A DNA stretch of 63,849 nucleotides, counting the filler, from Octopus bimaculoides (Eukaryota), in NCBI RefSeq assembly GCF_001194135.2. It is 5 parts of 5 records of this genome, joined end to end, with 100 filler letters (N's around TTAATTAATTAA, not from the genome) between each part and the next. Parts side by side here need not be neighbours in the genome. Positions count along the whole stretch, not along the records: positions 9,898 to 26,642 come from NC_068990.1; positions 26,743 to 57,081 come from NC_069002.1; 3 more parts are not named here. One strand, given 5' to 3'. Under the pieces are notes generated by a model. The model did no database searches. It saw nothing but the letters and a program-made list of their open reading frames with translations, and was not told where the DNA came from. This document shows, in pieces, positions 23,985 to 37,309 of this stretch. The position numbers and the translations under genes are program-made. The first letter of the stretch is position 1. Each line of letters begins with the position of its first letter.

Positions 23985-24704
23985 TTATGTATGTATGTAT
24001 GTATGTATGTATGTATCTATCTATCTATCTATAAATATACGTCTTTATAAGGTAGAAGGTATGTGGATTGATGAAAATGATAAAAGGCAATGTCTGCCTT
24101 AGCAGTATTAGAACCTATATAAAAGATGAAATAGAATATCACAAGGCATTTTGTCGGAGTTTAGTTACGTTATTACATAATATAGTTTGGTCTCATTCAG
24201 CTTCAGTGTTTTCTGACGATAATTGTTTGAGCCCCGAGGTTAATAGCATTATGATTATCTGGACTATTAAGCATATTTTTCATAGCATATATGTACAATG
24301 CTTATATCTATAATTATCTAGTAGGTGAGATCGTTATCATCCTAGCTTTAAAAATAAAAGAATCTTAGTTCGAATCCAGTTTGAGAGGGACACTGTCAAG
24401 AATACGGCCCCGGTTACGGTCGGATATGAAAAAAAACCAATCAATACTTTGTGTAGATGATAGATATTGTAAACACACAGGTGAGGTCAATAGTCTGGGA
24501 AATTATATATAATCATATTATCAAAAAACTCATTTCAGAAGTTAAAACATTTAAAGCCACAGGTCAATTCACAACAGCATTAATTACCTCTAATGCAGTC
24601 GATTAAGACAATCATCAGACGTCGGACACGAATGCCTTGCGGTGATAATTGCAGTTTGTACTATGAATTCAGATTTGTTTTTCATCATTATTGTGAAGGT
24701 GTTT

Positions 24705-25015
24705 GGCTTAGTGGTTAGGGTGTTCGGTTCACGACCGTAAGGTCTTAAATTCAATTCCCAGCGCTGCGGTGTGTCTTTGAGCAAGGCACACTTTATTTTA
24801 TGTTGCTCCAATCCCTTCAACTGGCAAAAACGAGTTATACTTGTAATTCAAAGGACCAGCCGTATCACATTCAGTGTCACACTGAATCTGAAACTACATA
24901 AAGGGTACGTGTGTTTGTGGAGTGTTCAGCCACTTGCACGTTAATTCCACGAGCAGGCTGTTCCATTGATCGGATCAACTGGAACTCTCGTCGTCGTAAC
25001 CGACGGAACGCTAGT
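24705..25015 (+). mobile_element. tRNA-derived SINE sharing its 3' half with the SINE at 39423-39805
   Basis: tRNA-like head (tggcttagtggttagg...aattcaattccc) and a tail cagccacttgcacgttaatt(c/t)cacgagcaggctgttcc...cgacgga nearly identical to 39625-39800. Confidence 0.75.
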
Positions 25016-26742
25016 GTCAGTTTTAAATAAAGTATAAATCGTTGACGAGGGTTGATTCTATTCTTACCTTTTTTTGCCCCTTTACCTTTCATTGATTGGA
25101 AGACTCATTAGAGTATCGAACACTTATATCTAGTGGTAATTATTTAAGTTTCTTTTGCCTTAAACCTTTTGACTTCAAATCCTGCCGAAGTCATATTTGC
25201 CTGTTATCCTTCTGGGGTTGATTCGTTTCTTTATTCTCTCCTTTTTTGTTCAACCTTAAGTCATCAATTGGTAGTATCGATACAGCGTCGAACTTATGAC
25301 TTGCGATAACTGTTCCAGCTCTTTACATTATGAGTTCGAATCCCGTAGAGGTCAAATTTGCCTTTTAACCTTTCGGGGAGTAATATATAAAGTATCAGTC
25401 AAGTACTGCGACTGAATATTTTCTTCGCTTATTTTATTTTCTCTCTCAAAATCGACTGCATTCCCCAGTGAGATGGTAGTATATGGCTATTCACAATGTT
25501 ACTTTATTTAACAAAAAAAAATAGAAGGGGAGAGTTGAGCGGGGAGTCAACAAACTCTTCTCTTCTAGCATGCTTCAAAACTGCTCACATAAACCGGAGA
25601 CCATGATGGACATGGTTGTGCCACATGGCATGGAACAGCTATGCTCAAGCTAGATCTTCTTATAATGAGGATTTTTTTATAATTCTTTATCAGTCCTTTA
25701 TGCTAAGTTTGGAACCATAACTTCCCTTGTTCTATTAATTTATTAACGTTTCAGGACGTTCAGAGTTCCATTTTCAAAATATAGTGATGGCATTTACGGT
25801 ATATTGTTCAAGTGCTTTGCAACAAGTTGCAGAGGTTTTGGGGAATAATCGTACAGCTGAATTTAGAATTTACTACAGTAAGTCTTGCGGGTAATTTTAT
25901 AACTAATAAGAAACATCAGCGTCAGCTTTTAAATTATACTACAGTAAATTCCAGTAGATTTCACACTATATAGTTATTTATGATATTGTAAATTTATTTT
26001 TAAGAATAATCGTTGCATAATTTAAAATCTGGCGTTGATGACTTTTGTTACTTATGAAAGTATTCCCAAAATGCTTTGCTGCTTAACACAGAACGCGCAA
26101 ATAACACTCCATATACGCAATAACTTTTTTTTGAAATTGTACAGTAAAGATCTTGAAATGTCAGTCTCATGGATTTTGTTTCAAACCAGATAAATAAGGA
26201 AATATAGAGAGAATAAAACCCATAAAAATCCATAGGCGCAGAGTGACTGTGTGGTAAAAAGCTTGCTTCCCAACCACTTGGTTCCGGGTTCAGTTCTACT
26301 GTGTGGTACCTTGGGCAAGTGTCTCATACTATAGCCTCGGGCCGACCAAAGCTTTGCGAGTGGATTTGGTAGACGGAAATTGAAAGAAGCCCGTTGAATA
26401 TATATATGTGTGTGTGTGTGTGTGGGTGTGTGGGTGTGTGTATGTATGTATGTATGTGCGCGCGCGCTTGTCCCCCACCATCGCTTGACAACTGATGTTG
26501 GTGTGTATACGTCCCCGTAACTTAGCGGTTCGGCAAAAGAGACCGATAGAATAAGTACCAGGCTTACAAAGAATAAGTCCTGGGGTCGAATTGTTCGGCT
26601 AAAGGCGGTGCTTCAGCATGGCCGCAATCAAATGACTACAACNNNNNNNNNNNNNNNNNNNNNNNNNNNNNNNNNNNNNNNNNNNNTTAATTAATTAANN
26701 NNNNNNNNNNNNNNNNNNNNNNNNNNNNNNNNNNNNNNNNNN

Positions 26743-26889
26743 TATTTGCTTATTGCGTGTGTCTATTTGCTTATTGCGTGTGTCTATTTGCTTATTGCGT
26801 GTGTCTATTTGCTTATTGCGTGTGTCTATTTGCTTATTGCGTGTGTCTATTTGCTTATTGCGTGTGTCTATTTGCTTATTGCGTGTGTC
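26743..26889. repeat. Minisatellite, 7 x 21 bp (TATTTGCTTATTGCGTGTGTC), followed by two degenerate 19-mers
   Basis: Perfect tandem units with no spacers; begins at a gap edge. Confidence 0.92.
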
Positions 26890-28213
26890 TATATACTTCT
26901 TGCATGTCTATTTACTTCTTGCATGTCTGTATATACATCATGATTTCGCTTAGGCATAACGATACTAGTAACCTGTTGTTAGAACTCAATATACACATGC
27001 TTCAAAATAAATTGTTCGACGGGTACAATGCGTAAGATAAAATATTGACAAGGGAACAGGAATTACGTAATGAATTTGTTTACGCAATTCTTCTTACTTT
27101 GCCATATATATGATATATATGTGTGTATGCGCATGTGTGTGTGTGTTTGTGTATGCAGCTGCGGGCGTGTGTGTGTGCGCGTATATTTGTACATATGTGT
27201 GTTTTTGTGTGTTCGTGTATAAATATATACCTATACTTACGTACATATAAATGTGTGTAAATATATGCACAAACAAATTTCCTAAAATCAAATAATATCA
27301 GCTCAACTTCATTTAATTTCGTTTTGTAGCTGAAACAATATAACAAAAATGAGAAGAAAAAAACATTTTGCTTTGAATTTTCTTTTTATTTTACGTTCTT
27401 TTAAATCTTTTAAATCTGTATTGTATCCATTTCTTTGAGTTATTTCCTTTCCAGTTTTGATTCCCTTTCAGTTGATTTCTAAACCTACTTAGAATTCATT
27501 CTCAATATGTTTTATGGTAAAGTAGCACTTCACATTACTAACTCTATCTCTGTATTCATAACAAATAAGATTTTAAAGACTGGAATGCATTACCTCGTTT
27601 CAATGATGACAAAAAAATAAAAATGGAAAATACGTAATATTATGACCAGAACGTAACTGTCGAATTATAAACAAACACAATACAACGTACAAAAAAAATG
27701 GAAAGTAAAATATTTTTTTATGGAAAAATCATTGAAATTTATTGAAAAAATATATCAAAAAGCATTTTCCGGTTTTCCATCATTTTATCATCATCCTCTT
27801 TTGTCTTCAATTTAATGCATTATGTAACGTATCGGTTAAACCCTTTATCTCTCATCATACAACTTGTCTAGTAATTGTATTATTTATCTTGATATCTTAT
27901 CTACTGCTGTAATTATCGATGTATCGATCCATCTTTTGACATACTCATATGCATATTTGTATCTATATATGCATATATTCATATACATATATATGTACAT
28001 ATAGGCTTGTTTATACATACACATCAACCTGCAGATACACATACATACGCATATACGGATATATCAGATATATATATATATATATACACATACACATATA
28101 TATATATACACATATATATATATTTACACACATACTTACATATGTGTGTGTGCATGTATAAATGTGTATATGTATGTATATGCATACACATTCATTTTGT
28201 ATTTTTTTGCAAG

Positions 28214-28327
28214 ACTCTTGATGTGAAATCGTGCGTTGAAACAGCTGTTGTACCTGGGAGGATTACTTTTGCCAATAAAATTACACTCATTGGTTCTCTT
28301 TCTTTACTTTTCTCTTTATTATTATAG
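28214..28327 (+). CDS. Candidate terminal exon with GPI-signal-like hydrophobic tail (unknown gene)
   Basis: ttttgtatttttttgcaag acceptor, then TLDVKSCVETAVVPGRITFANKITLIGSLSLLFSLLL*. A paralogous acceptor + exon start lies at 33283. Confidence 0.35.
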   Translation, partial: TLDVKSCVETAVVPGRITFANKITLIGSLSLLFSLLL

Positions 28328-28881
28328 TCAACTAGTTAACTAACGGATGAATTGTATAATCGATTTCTTCACTAATCGTTTGATCGATCGATCAATCAAT
28401 CAACTAATTTGCCAGAATGAATATGCTGTATTTTGCTCTGAAATAATAATCTGAAGATAGTGTGTGAGGGACACTTTTTTTTTTTTTTTTTGATGGAGGA
28501 CGTATGCATGTTACGGCACGTGTAAGTGGTAGAGCATGTCTGTAGTTAGGGGATCTGTACGTTTCGGTTTGGTTTGAAATTATTTTTATATCTTTAATCA
28601 CAGTCGATTATGTACGTGTGTGTAAGTGCATGTGTATACGCACATGTACATGCGTGTGGCCTAGAGTGCCTGCTGCACTCACCGTCGCTAGACTGCCGGG
28701 TTCGACTCCCGCATCGAGAGGCGCGTTGCGTACTTGAGCATAACGTTTTGTTTCAGATTGCTCCAGTCTATTCAGTGTAAATGTGTAAACCACTCCGATC
28801 AGGGGAAATGTTAGCCAACACGCTTAGCCAGCGGGTTGGCGTCATTCGAATGCTAAATTGACGCACATGCAATGTGGCCAG

Positions 28882-28920
<39 letters not shown>

Positions 28921-29424
28921 NNNNNNNNNNNNNNNNNNNNNNNNNNNNNNNNNNNNNNNNNNNNNNNNNNNNNNNNNNNNNNNNNNNNNNNNNNNNNNNN
29001 NNNNNNNNNNNNNNNNNNNNNNNNNNNNNNNNNNNNNNNNNNNNNNNNNNNNNNNNNNNNNNNNNNNNNNNNNNNNNNNNNNNNNNNNNNNNNNNNNNNN
29101 NNNNNNNNNNNNNNNNNNNNNNNNNNNNNNNNNNNNNNNNNNNNNNNNNNNNNNNNNNNNNNNNNNNNNNNNNNNNNNNNNNNNNNNNNNNNNNNNNNNN
29201 NNNNNNNNNNNNTATATACATATATACACAGACACAGACACGCACACACATACTCTTTTACTTGTTTCAGTCATTCGACTGGAGCAACGCCTTTAGTCGA
29301 GCAAATCGACCCCAAGGCTTATTCTTTGGAAGCCTAGTACTTATTCTATCGGTCGCTTTTGCCAAAACGTTAAGTTATAGGGACGTAAACACACCACCGT
29401 CGGTTGTCAAGCGATAGTGAGAGG

Positions 29425-29466
<42 letters not shown>

Positions 29467-30499
29467 CACTAACCAGATATACTTAACCTATATGGTTCGT
29501 GTTCTTGCTGGTGGGGGTGGACTGCTATTGGAACGGTAGGGTATATACCCCCCACCAATAGCACCTCAACGTGCAAATACACTAAGCATATACGTTAAAT
29601 ATATGTGGTTAATGATATACTGGAGCTGCTTTTATTTAATATCGAATATTTATGCGTATGTGCGTCTGTGAATGTGTAAGTGTATGTGTGTCTGTATAGA
29701 TATATATTTACACACACACACACAGTTGTAAGTACGCGCAGTATGTACACACATACACATTCACTCATGCTTTAAGGTTACCTTCAGCTAGATGCAGGCA
29801 TGTCTTAATGCAGGTGATATTAGTTGTTCTGACATATTCTTCATATATTCTTCATATATTCTTCATAATTTATAGCTTAAGTATTTGCAGCCTCCGTTCT
29901 CTGGGCACACCATTCCATTTCTATAAGAACAGCTATCTTCTCTATAAGGTGTAAGTTTGTGAGAAATTATGTATTTGAAGTTGAGGTAGAACTGATCGTC
30001 AAAATTTGTCTAGTGAGAAGTTTGCTGTATCTATGATTAGTAGGGAATTGTCTATCTGTTAACATTGGTTTCAAACTTTGGCACAAGAGCAGCAATTTCG
30101 GGGTGGTGTGTAACTTGATTAACATCGACCACAGTGCTCAGCTGATACTTATTGTATTACTTTATTAATGATATTAGATAACTCGTATTCCACTATTTGA
30201 ATACTAGACTTTTCGTATTTACTTCCATTATATCTAATATTCATTAGCAATTTTGAATGTTTTTTGTACGAAAGTACCTTAACATATTACCTGACTTCGA
30301 TTACTGTAGCAACTTCATTTTTAGACACGTAAACACACACACGCATATGTATATATAATGTCTCTCTCTCCCTCTCCCTACCCCTGTCTCCTCACTCACA
30401 TACATATACACATAAGCACCCATACAAGGGGAGGTGCTCACCGCACTGTTTCTCCATTTAAACAAAGCATTGCCCTCTACTTGTCATTGGAGAGTAGAC

Positions 30500-31000
30500 T
30501 TCATATTGAGCCTTTTCAAGCAGAATCATCTTAAGTGCTGAACAAATGTGTCTTTTCTAAACATATCTAACGAAAACGACGATGATTAACACCCAATGAA
30601 AAAGGGAAACCCTTTCCCAAGCCAAAAGTACAACAGAACACAGTAATACTCCGTGTTTGGTACGATGCAAAGGTTGTCGTTTATCATGAAGTGTTAAATT
30701 AAACTGAACCAGTTGATACTGAGGAGAATTGTGGTCACCTGGGAGAACTGTACAGAGGTTGTCCAAAAAAGTGCCCATCGTTGGGCAGTTATAAAAGCGT
30801 GCTACTATCACAGGATAATTCAAGACCGCATATTGTCCAAGTTGCCCAGCAAAAATTTGGAAGCTTTGTCTCATTCTCTTTGCTGTCCTGGTTTTGCTCC
30901 ATCTCATTGCATCTTTTCAGATTGCAAAATTAATTACACAGAAAATTTATTAATTCTCAAAAGATTAAAAACTTTCGCCTCGAAACATGATTTTAATGCT
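30500..31000 (+). mobile_element. Highly decayed mariner transposase fragment
   Basis: Recognisable remnants such as VILRVWYDAKVVVYHE, SVLLSQDNSRPHI and LSHSLCCPGFAPS, spread over several frames. Confidence 0.65.
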
Positions 31001-32303
31001 CATTGAATCACGAATTTACCAAATAGATGGGATTATATTATACATAATGAGAGGAAATATTATACTGATTAAATATATAATTATATCAATTAACACCAAA
31101 GAAACAATTTGTTTCTTTCTTGAAATGCGACGGTGATTTCCTTCTATCGAAATCTATTTATCTATCTATCTATCTATCTATTACATTATATCATTTGTCA
31201 AACCACTGAAGAAGTAATTTGATAAGATTATATAATTTTCAATAATTGCATAGTGATTTATAGAAAGGCGTGTATGTTTTATAAAGCTTAAAATCCTAAA
31301 TCTGTTTTTTTAATTTTATTTCATAAATAATATTCGGTGACTCGTATTCCATTATTTCAATATTAGACTTCTCGTATTTACTTCCGTTATAATTAATATC
31401 TATTTGAGTGTTTTGTACCTAAGTGCCCCTGCTTAGAACCTGACTTTACACACACAATCACACACGCATGTATTATGTATATATACATATATTCTTTTAA
31501 ATTCTATTTTATTCTTTTAATTGTTTCAGTCATTTGACTGTAGCCATGCTGGGGCACCACCTTTTAGTTGAACAAATCGACCCCAGGACTTATTCTTTGT
31601 AAGCCTGGAACCGCTAAGTTACGGGGACGTAAACACACCAACATAGGTTGTCAAACGATGGGGAGGGGACAAACACACATAAACATACATATATATATAT
31701 ATATAAGCTTCATTCAGTTTACGTCTACCGAATCCACTCACAAGGCTCTGGTCAACCCAAGGCTATACTAGAAGTCACCCAAGATTCCACGCAGTAGGAC
31801 TGAACTCGGAACTATGGGGTTGGTAAGCAAACTACTTACTACATAGCCACTCCTGCGCATATATATATATATATATATATAAATTATTGTTGCGATCAGA
31901 CAAATTATAATGTAAGAAAAAGGGGTAAACTTCTGATCGCAACAACAACAGTGTTTAAACAGGGGAGTAAATGTCCATAGATGGAGATTATGTCCAGTCT
32001 AAATTATTTCAAGGTAGGTGGTGAACGGTTCGACCCGTATTCAGCTCCGTCTTTCGTTTTTCGTACTCTCCACGCCAAAAAAATCTCTCGTTGTCTTCTC
32101 CACTCCCCTTTTTAACACGAAGTACGAGATTACCTGCCTTGCTCGGTAACTGGAAGTGAACGAGGTTACCTGTCTCGTACTATGCTAACTTCCTGTATAT
32201 ATATATATCGCTATTCATACTAACGTTTATAACGTTTATCTCGCCACCTTCGGAAAATATAAGGTAAGTGTTCACCCTTCATTATATTATAGGTATACAC
32301 AAC

Positions 32304-33001
32304 ATTATATAATTGTATAAGGGAACAGGAAAAAATCCTTCTCCAGCATGTAAGAATACGCAAAGAAAAAAACGTTAGAAAACCACCTTTAGCTTCTGCA
32401 AAAATACGGGTTGTAGACGACCAAATGAAAAATACAAAATAAAACTCCACAGTCAATTGTGTATTGGTCCAATTTCGAAATTAGAGCGGTAAAATAGCTT
32501 ATTTCTCATCCTCAGCACAATATTGAAAGAACGATAGTCACGAATATTTATAAATACCCCCCACGAAACAAATTCGTACGATCATGGGCAAATGTCCGCG
32601 CTTATGCTTCAAAACGTAGTCAAATTTTTACTTGAAATTTCAGCCGCGTATTTTTTAAACCGAAATAGCCTCAAAGCAATGCAGTTTCGGTCCGGAGCGT
32701 AAAAATTTTATTTATTCATATAAACCAGGACAAAAGTCATGTAAATGATAATATCAAGTGGGGTATGTATAAATATTCGTCACTATGGTTCTTTGAATAT
32801 TGTGCTGAGTATGAGAAATAAGCTATTTTACTGCTTTACTCTCGAAATTGGACCAATACACAATTAACTGTAGAGTTTATTTTGTAATTTTAATTACTCG
32901 TATTTTTGCAGGGGCTAAAAGTGGTTTTATAACGTATTTTGTTTATTCTTATAACATGTTGGAGCAGGATTTTTTCCTGTTCCCTTATATAATTATATAA
33001 T
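32304..33001. mobile_element. Foldback/MITE-like element with ~255-bp inverted arms and ~196-bp spacer
   Basis: 32304-32562 is the diverged reverse complement of 32759-33001, e.g. tgtgtattggtccaatttcga / tcgaaattggaccaatacaca. Confidence 0.8.
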
Positions 33002-33313
33002 TATATAATTATTATTTTCGTATAATTTGACCAAGTTTTTACAGTATGTTAGCCACTTGATATTAACATTTACGATGATTCTATACTTGTTTATGTGATG
33101 ACATAATATGTCATATGTGTTTGTATATTGTTTTTATTGTCCTGTCTTCTTAGTTGAAAAATAAACAGGTAAATTGACATAATACAATGTCTGCAAGCTG
33201 ATGAGTACCACATATTCCCTTCCATTTTCTTATTGCTATATATATATATATATATATTTCGTATATGTATTTCGTGTGCAAGATTCTTGATGTGGATACG
33301 TGTGTTCAAAGAA

Positions 33314-33604
33314 ATACAATTAAACCTTGGGAGAGGCATTATGCCGGTAATAAACACACGCACTGGTTCAGTCCTTTATTAATTTATATAGTTTTTTGTT
33401 AAATTATTTCATTGCACTCTTGCAATCTCTTCAGTAACTTATCTCTCCACATTCAAAATAAATGGAAGTGGAGAGACAAGTTACTGAAGAGATTGCAAGA
33501 GTGCAATGAAATAATTTAACAAAAAACTATATAAATTAATAAAGGACTGAACCAGTGCGTGTGTTTATTACCGGCATAATGCCTCTCTCAAGGTTTAATT
33601 GTAT
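33314..33604. mobile_element. Near-perfect palindromic MITE (137-bp arms, 17-nt loop)
   Basis: 33314-33450 versus 33468-33604 differ at only 2 positions; TA-CAATTAAACC termini. Confidence 0.85.
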
Positions 33605-34319
33605 ACATATATATAAGACGGGCCTCTTTCAGTTTCCATCTACCAAATCCACTCGCAATGCATTAGTCAACACGAGGTGTCACGCAACGGGACTGAACAC
33701 GGAACTTTGTGGTTAGGAAGCAAGCTTCTTCGTCGAAATGCCGCTAAGCATTTTGCTGGCATGCTAACGCTTCTGCCTGCTCACAGCCTTGCCCGCCTCC
33801 AATATATTAAAGGGTAGAAAATTTCATTTGATAAATCCACATTTGCATTTATTTTTTTATGTACGTCATATTAAGTTTCCAATATCTACATGTAACTTGT
33901 ATATTTACATACGTCTATATATGCGTGTTTACATAATTACTTATCGCATTCTCTCACTCACATCCAATTTCCTCACTTGTTAAACACTCGATACCTATCT
34001 CTATCACTGAAATCTTTTATTATCTATCATATATTTCTTTTCGCTTTTTCTTCACTTCTGTCTTTCCAGTAAATGAAACAATTTCTTCTGCAAGCAAAGT
34101 TCTTTTCAAATATCCCTTAAGCATTTACGTTGCATCAAATTTCTCTCCTGGGTAATTTATTAAATTAGCAACAATTTTTACCGTCGTCCATGCAAATAAT
34201 GGACCACTCGTGACTTAGAATGCATTAACTACTTCTCTGGTACGACCAATGAAAAATATGTTCCTTTTTCGAATTTCCCCTAAGCCATTTAGCATTTAAA
34301 CCCGTCATATCCAGCCCAA

Positions 34320-34560
34320 TTATTACCTCCGCCTTAGCGAAGGCAGAGGTATTGTTTTCAGTCGTGTTTGTTTGTTTTTTTGTTTCCCCATTGACAAGCT
34401 ATCTCAAGAACCGCTGGATGGATTCGAATGAAACTTTCAGGTATGTTCGGCCTCATGACTGGCATGAACAGATTGCATTTTGGGATCGATCTGATACCGG
34501 AAAAGGACTCTGGATTATTTGTAATATTTACATGAAGTAAATATTACATGAAGTCTTTCG
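34320..34560 (+). mobile_element. Helentron-associated non-autonomous element (HINE/DINE-1-like)
   Basis: Starts ttattacctccgcc-ttagcgaa-ggcagaggtattgttttc (5' subterminal hairpin), then a GTTT microsatellite and ggatggattcgaatgaaactttcagg, the usual HINE layout. Confidence 0.65.
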
Positions 34561-35023
34561 AATCTTTCTCGCTTATCTTTTTCTATTGTAGGTACAAGGC
34601 TCGAATTTTTTAGGGAGGGGGTCAGTCGATTAGATTGACCCCCATTACGCAACTGGTACTTAATTTATCGACCACGAGGATGAAAGGTAAACTTGACCTC
34701 GGTGGAATTTGAACTCAGAACGTAAAGACGGGTGAAATACCGCTGAGCATTTCGCATTATCTCTTTTATATTATATAAAGAGTCTAAGGCGGCGAGCTGG
34801 CAGAAACGTTAGCACGGCGGGCGAAATGCTAAACGGTATTTCGTCTGCCGTTACGTTCTGAGTTCAAATTCCGCCGAGGTCGACTTTGCCTTTCATCCTT
34901 TCGGGGTTGATAAATTAAGTACCAGTTGCGCACTGGTGTCGATCTAATCGACTTAATCCCCTCCCAAAAATTTCGGGCCTTGTGCCTAGAGTAGAAAAGA
35001 TTATATAAAGATTCTTGATTATT

Positions 35024-35054
<31 letters not shown>

Positions 35055-35232
35055 GAGAGCGGTCGGCTTCATTTTTTGTACTCTCGTTTGTGTCATCTTC
35101 TATCATTGTTGTATATCCGTCCTCATTATTACTCTCTCACTTGATTGTACTTCATTTATTTTCCCCTCAATACTGCTTCTCTTTCTCCATTTTCTTTTAT
35201 AACCGCTCCTAAAAATGCTTCACTCTCCTTAC

Positions 35233-35277
<45 letters not shown>

Positions 35278-35488
35278 ATGTCTTTTAGCTCCTATTTATT
35301 TCAGTCATGGACCGGAGCCATGCTGGGATATTGCCTTGAAGCATGTGTACATATTTAAAGAGAGAAATTCTCTCGTTGGCATGGAAATCAAACTCACGAC
35401 TTTCGCGTTATAAACATGATGCTCTGCCCAACTGTATTAATCATAGTCTCACTTTCTCTGTGCGTGAGTGTGTGTGCGCGTGTGTGCG

Positions 35489-35535
<47 letters not shown>

Positions 35536-35540
35536 GTATA

Positions 35541-35583
<43 letters not shown>

Positions 35584-35862
35584 ATACACACGTGTGTATG
35601 TACGTGAGTGTATGTTTGTATGTATATATGTTTGTATGTATGTATGTATGTTTGCATTTATGTATATATATATGTATGTGCATATGCATCAACTTTTTTC
35701 TAAATTTGATTTATTTACTAATAAGATGGTCCAGTTTTAGGATTGTTGCATAATGGAATGAAAAATTCCATTCATACATACACATACACGCTTACTTAAT
35801 GAAATACATACACACACACACACACACAAATTCATAGGTGCATGCATACATACACATACATA

Positions 35863-35901
<39 letters not shown>

Positions 35902-36667
35902 CGCTATTTCGAATGCATGAATTTAACGAGTAACCCAATCTACCATTGAAAGCTTGTTTTCTTACTCCACCACTGTCTCCCACCCCTTTTCTCCATCTAG
36001 CCCCTACCAGCCGCCTCTCCTTCCTCTCTCTCTCGTGTGTATATCTGGCATTTTCTCCGATTCAAACATATAAATCCATTATCTGTTGCTGTTTTCCCTC
36101 TTGATTTTTGTGTCGTAATCTGAATTCTAAATTCAATTAACCTTTTTCAATACGATCGCTTATTTGTCTGTCTGTTTGTTTTATTTATGTGTTTGCTTCA
36201 TACTATTTATTTAAATTCAATTTTTCGTTTTTTTAATTTTATTTTGTTTCTTTACTGTTCTTTCCTTTTGTAAGCACCATTACTTGAAAACAATAAACTT
36301 CACAGAATTTACAACAAGCAATCTAAATTTCACAGAACAAAACGGAAACATGTAGAACAACAACAACAACATACAAACAAGCATTCAACAACACAGAAGT
36401 AGCGCCACCAGTCTATATTATCCATTTTAGTTTACAAATTCATCTGTAATATTTTAATTTATTGAAATTAATTTTGTATTTCTCGTATATTTTAACTGAT
36501 TTAATTTTATTAATATCAGACCTTATCGCAATCTATTTTCAACATTACTAAGTCCCATATCCATCTCAAAAATTTAGCTCAAATTTAATAAGAAAACTCA
36601 ATATTCTCTTGATATGTGTTTAGCTTCTCCACAAATAGTGGTAGTTAGCTCTCTCTCTGTATGTATG

Positions 36668-36705
<38 letters not shown>

Positions 36706-37309
36706 GAGAGAGAGAGGGAGAGACAGAATCATAGGTAGGTTCCGGAAATATCTTTCGATTATTATTGCTCTAGTTGTTATTGTTGTAATAATTTTGGCCA
36801 ATGAGATACCATAACCGCCATTAATGATTCTTGTCACATTTCCTTGTGAATTTTATTTCCTCTATCAAATAATCGATAAATCCCAAGTTCCACAACGGTT
36901 TCAGCTGAAAACAATAGTTCTTAACGCAATATCGGCTTCTTTATTTGAAAGCATCCAGTTTATATATACATACATGCATACATACATGCATACATACATG
37001 CATACATACATGCAAAAATACATACACGGGTATTTATAGGTACATGTATGCGTATTTATTTATTCCTTTATTGCCCACAGGAGGCTAAACATAGAGGGGA
37101 CAAAAAAGGACAGGCAAAGGGATTAAGTCGATTACATCGACCCCAGTGCGTAACTGCTACTTTTTTAATCGACCCCGAAAGGATGAAAGGCAAAGCCGAC
37201 CTCGGTGGAATTTGAACTCAGAACGTAAAGGTAGAAGAAATACCGCTTTGTATTTATTGTATATATAGTATAGGCATTGCACGGAGAGTTACATAATATA
37301 CACGTACGC

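Noticed and set aside
26048-26233. Possible P450 N-terminal exon (ends FWEYFHK)
   Set aside because: Lacks the proline-rich PGP motif and a suitable acceptor.
26743-26889. CRISPR-like or coding (LLIACVY)n repeat
   Set aside because: Perfect tandem 21-mers with no spacers in eukaryotic DNA: a minisatellite.
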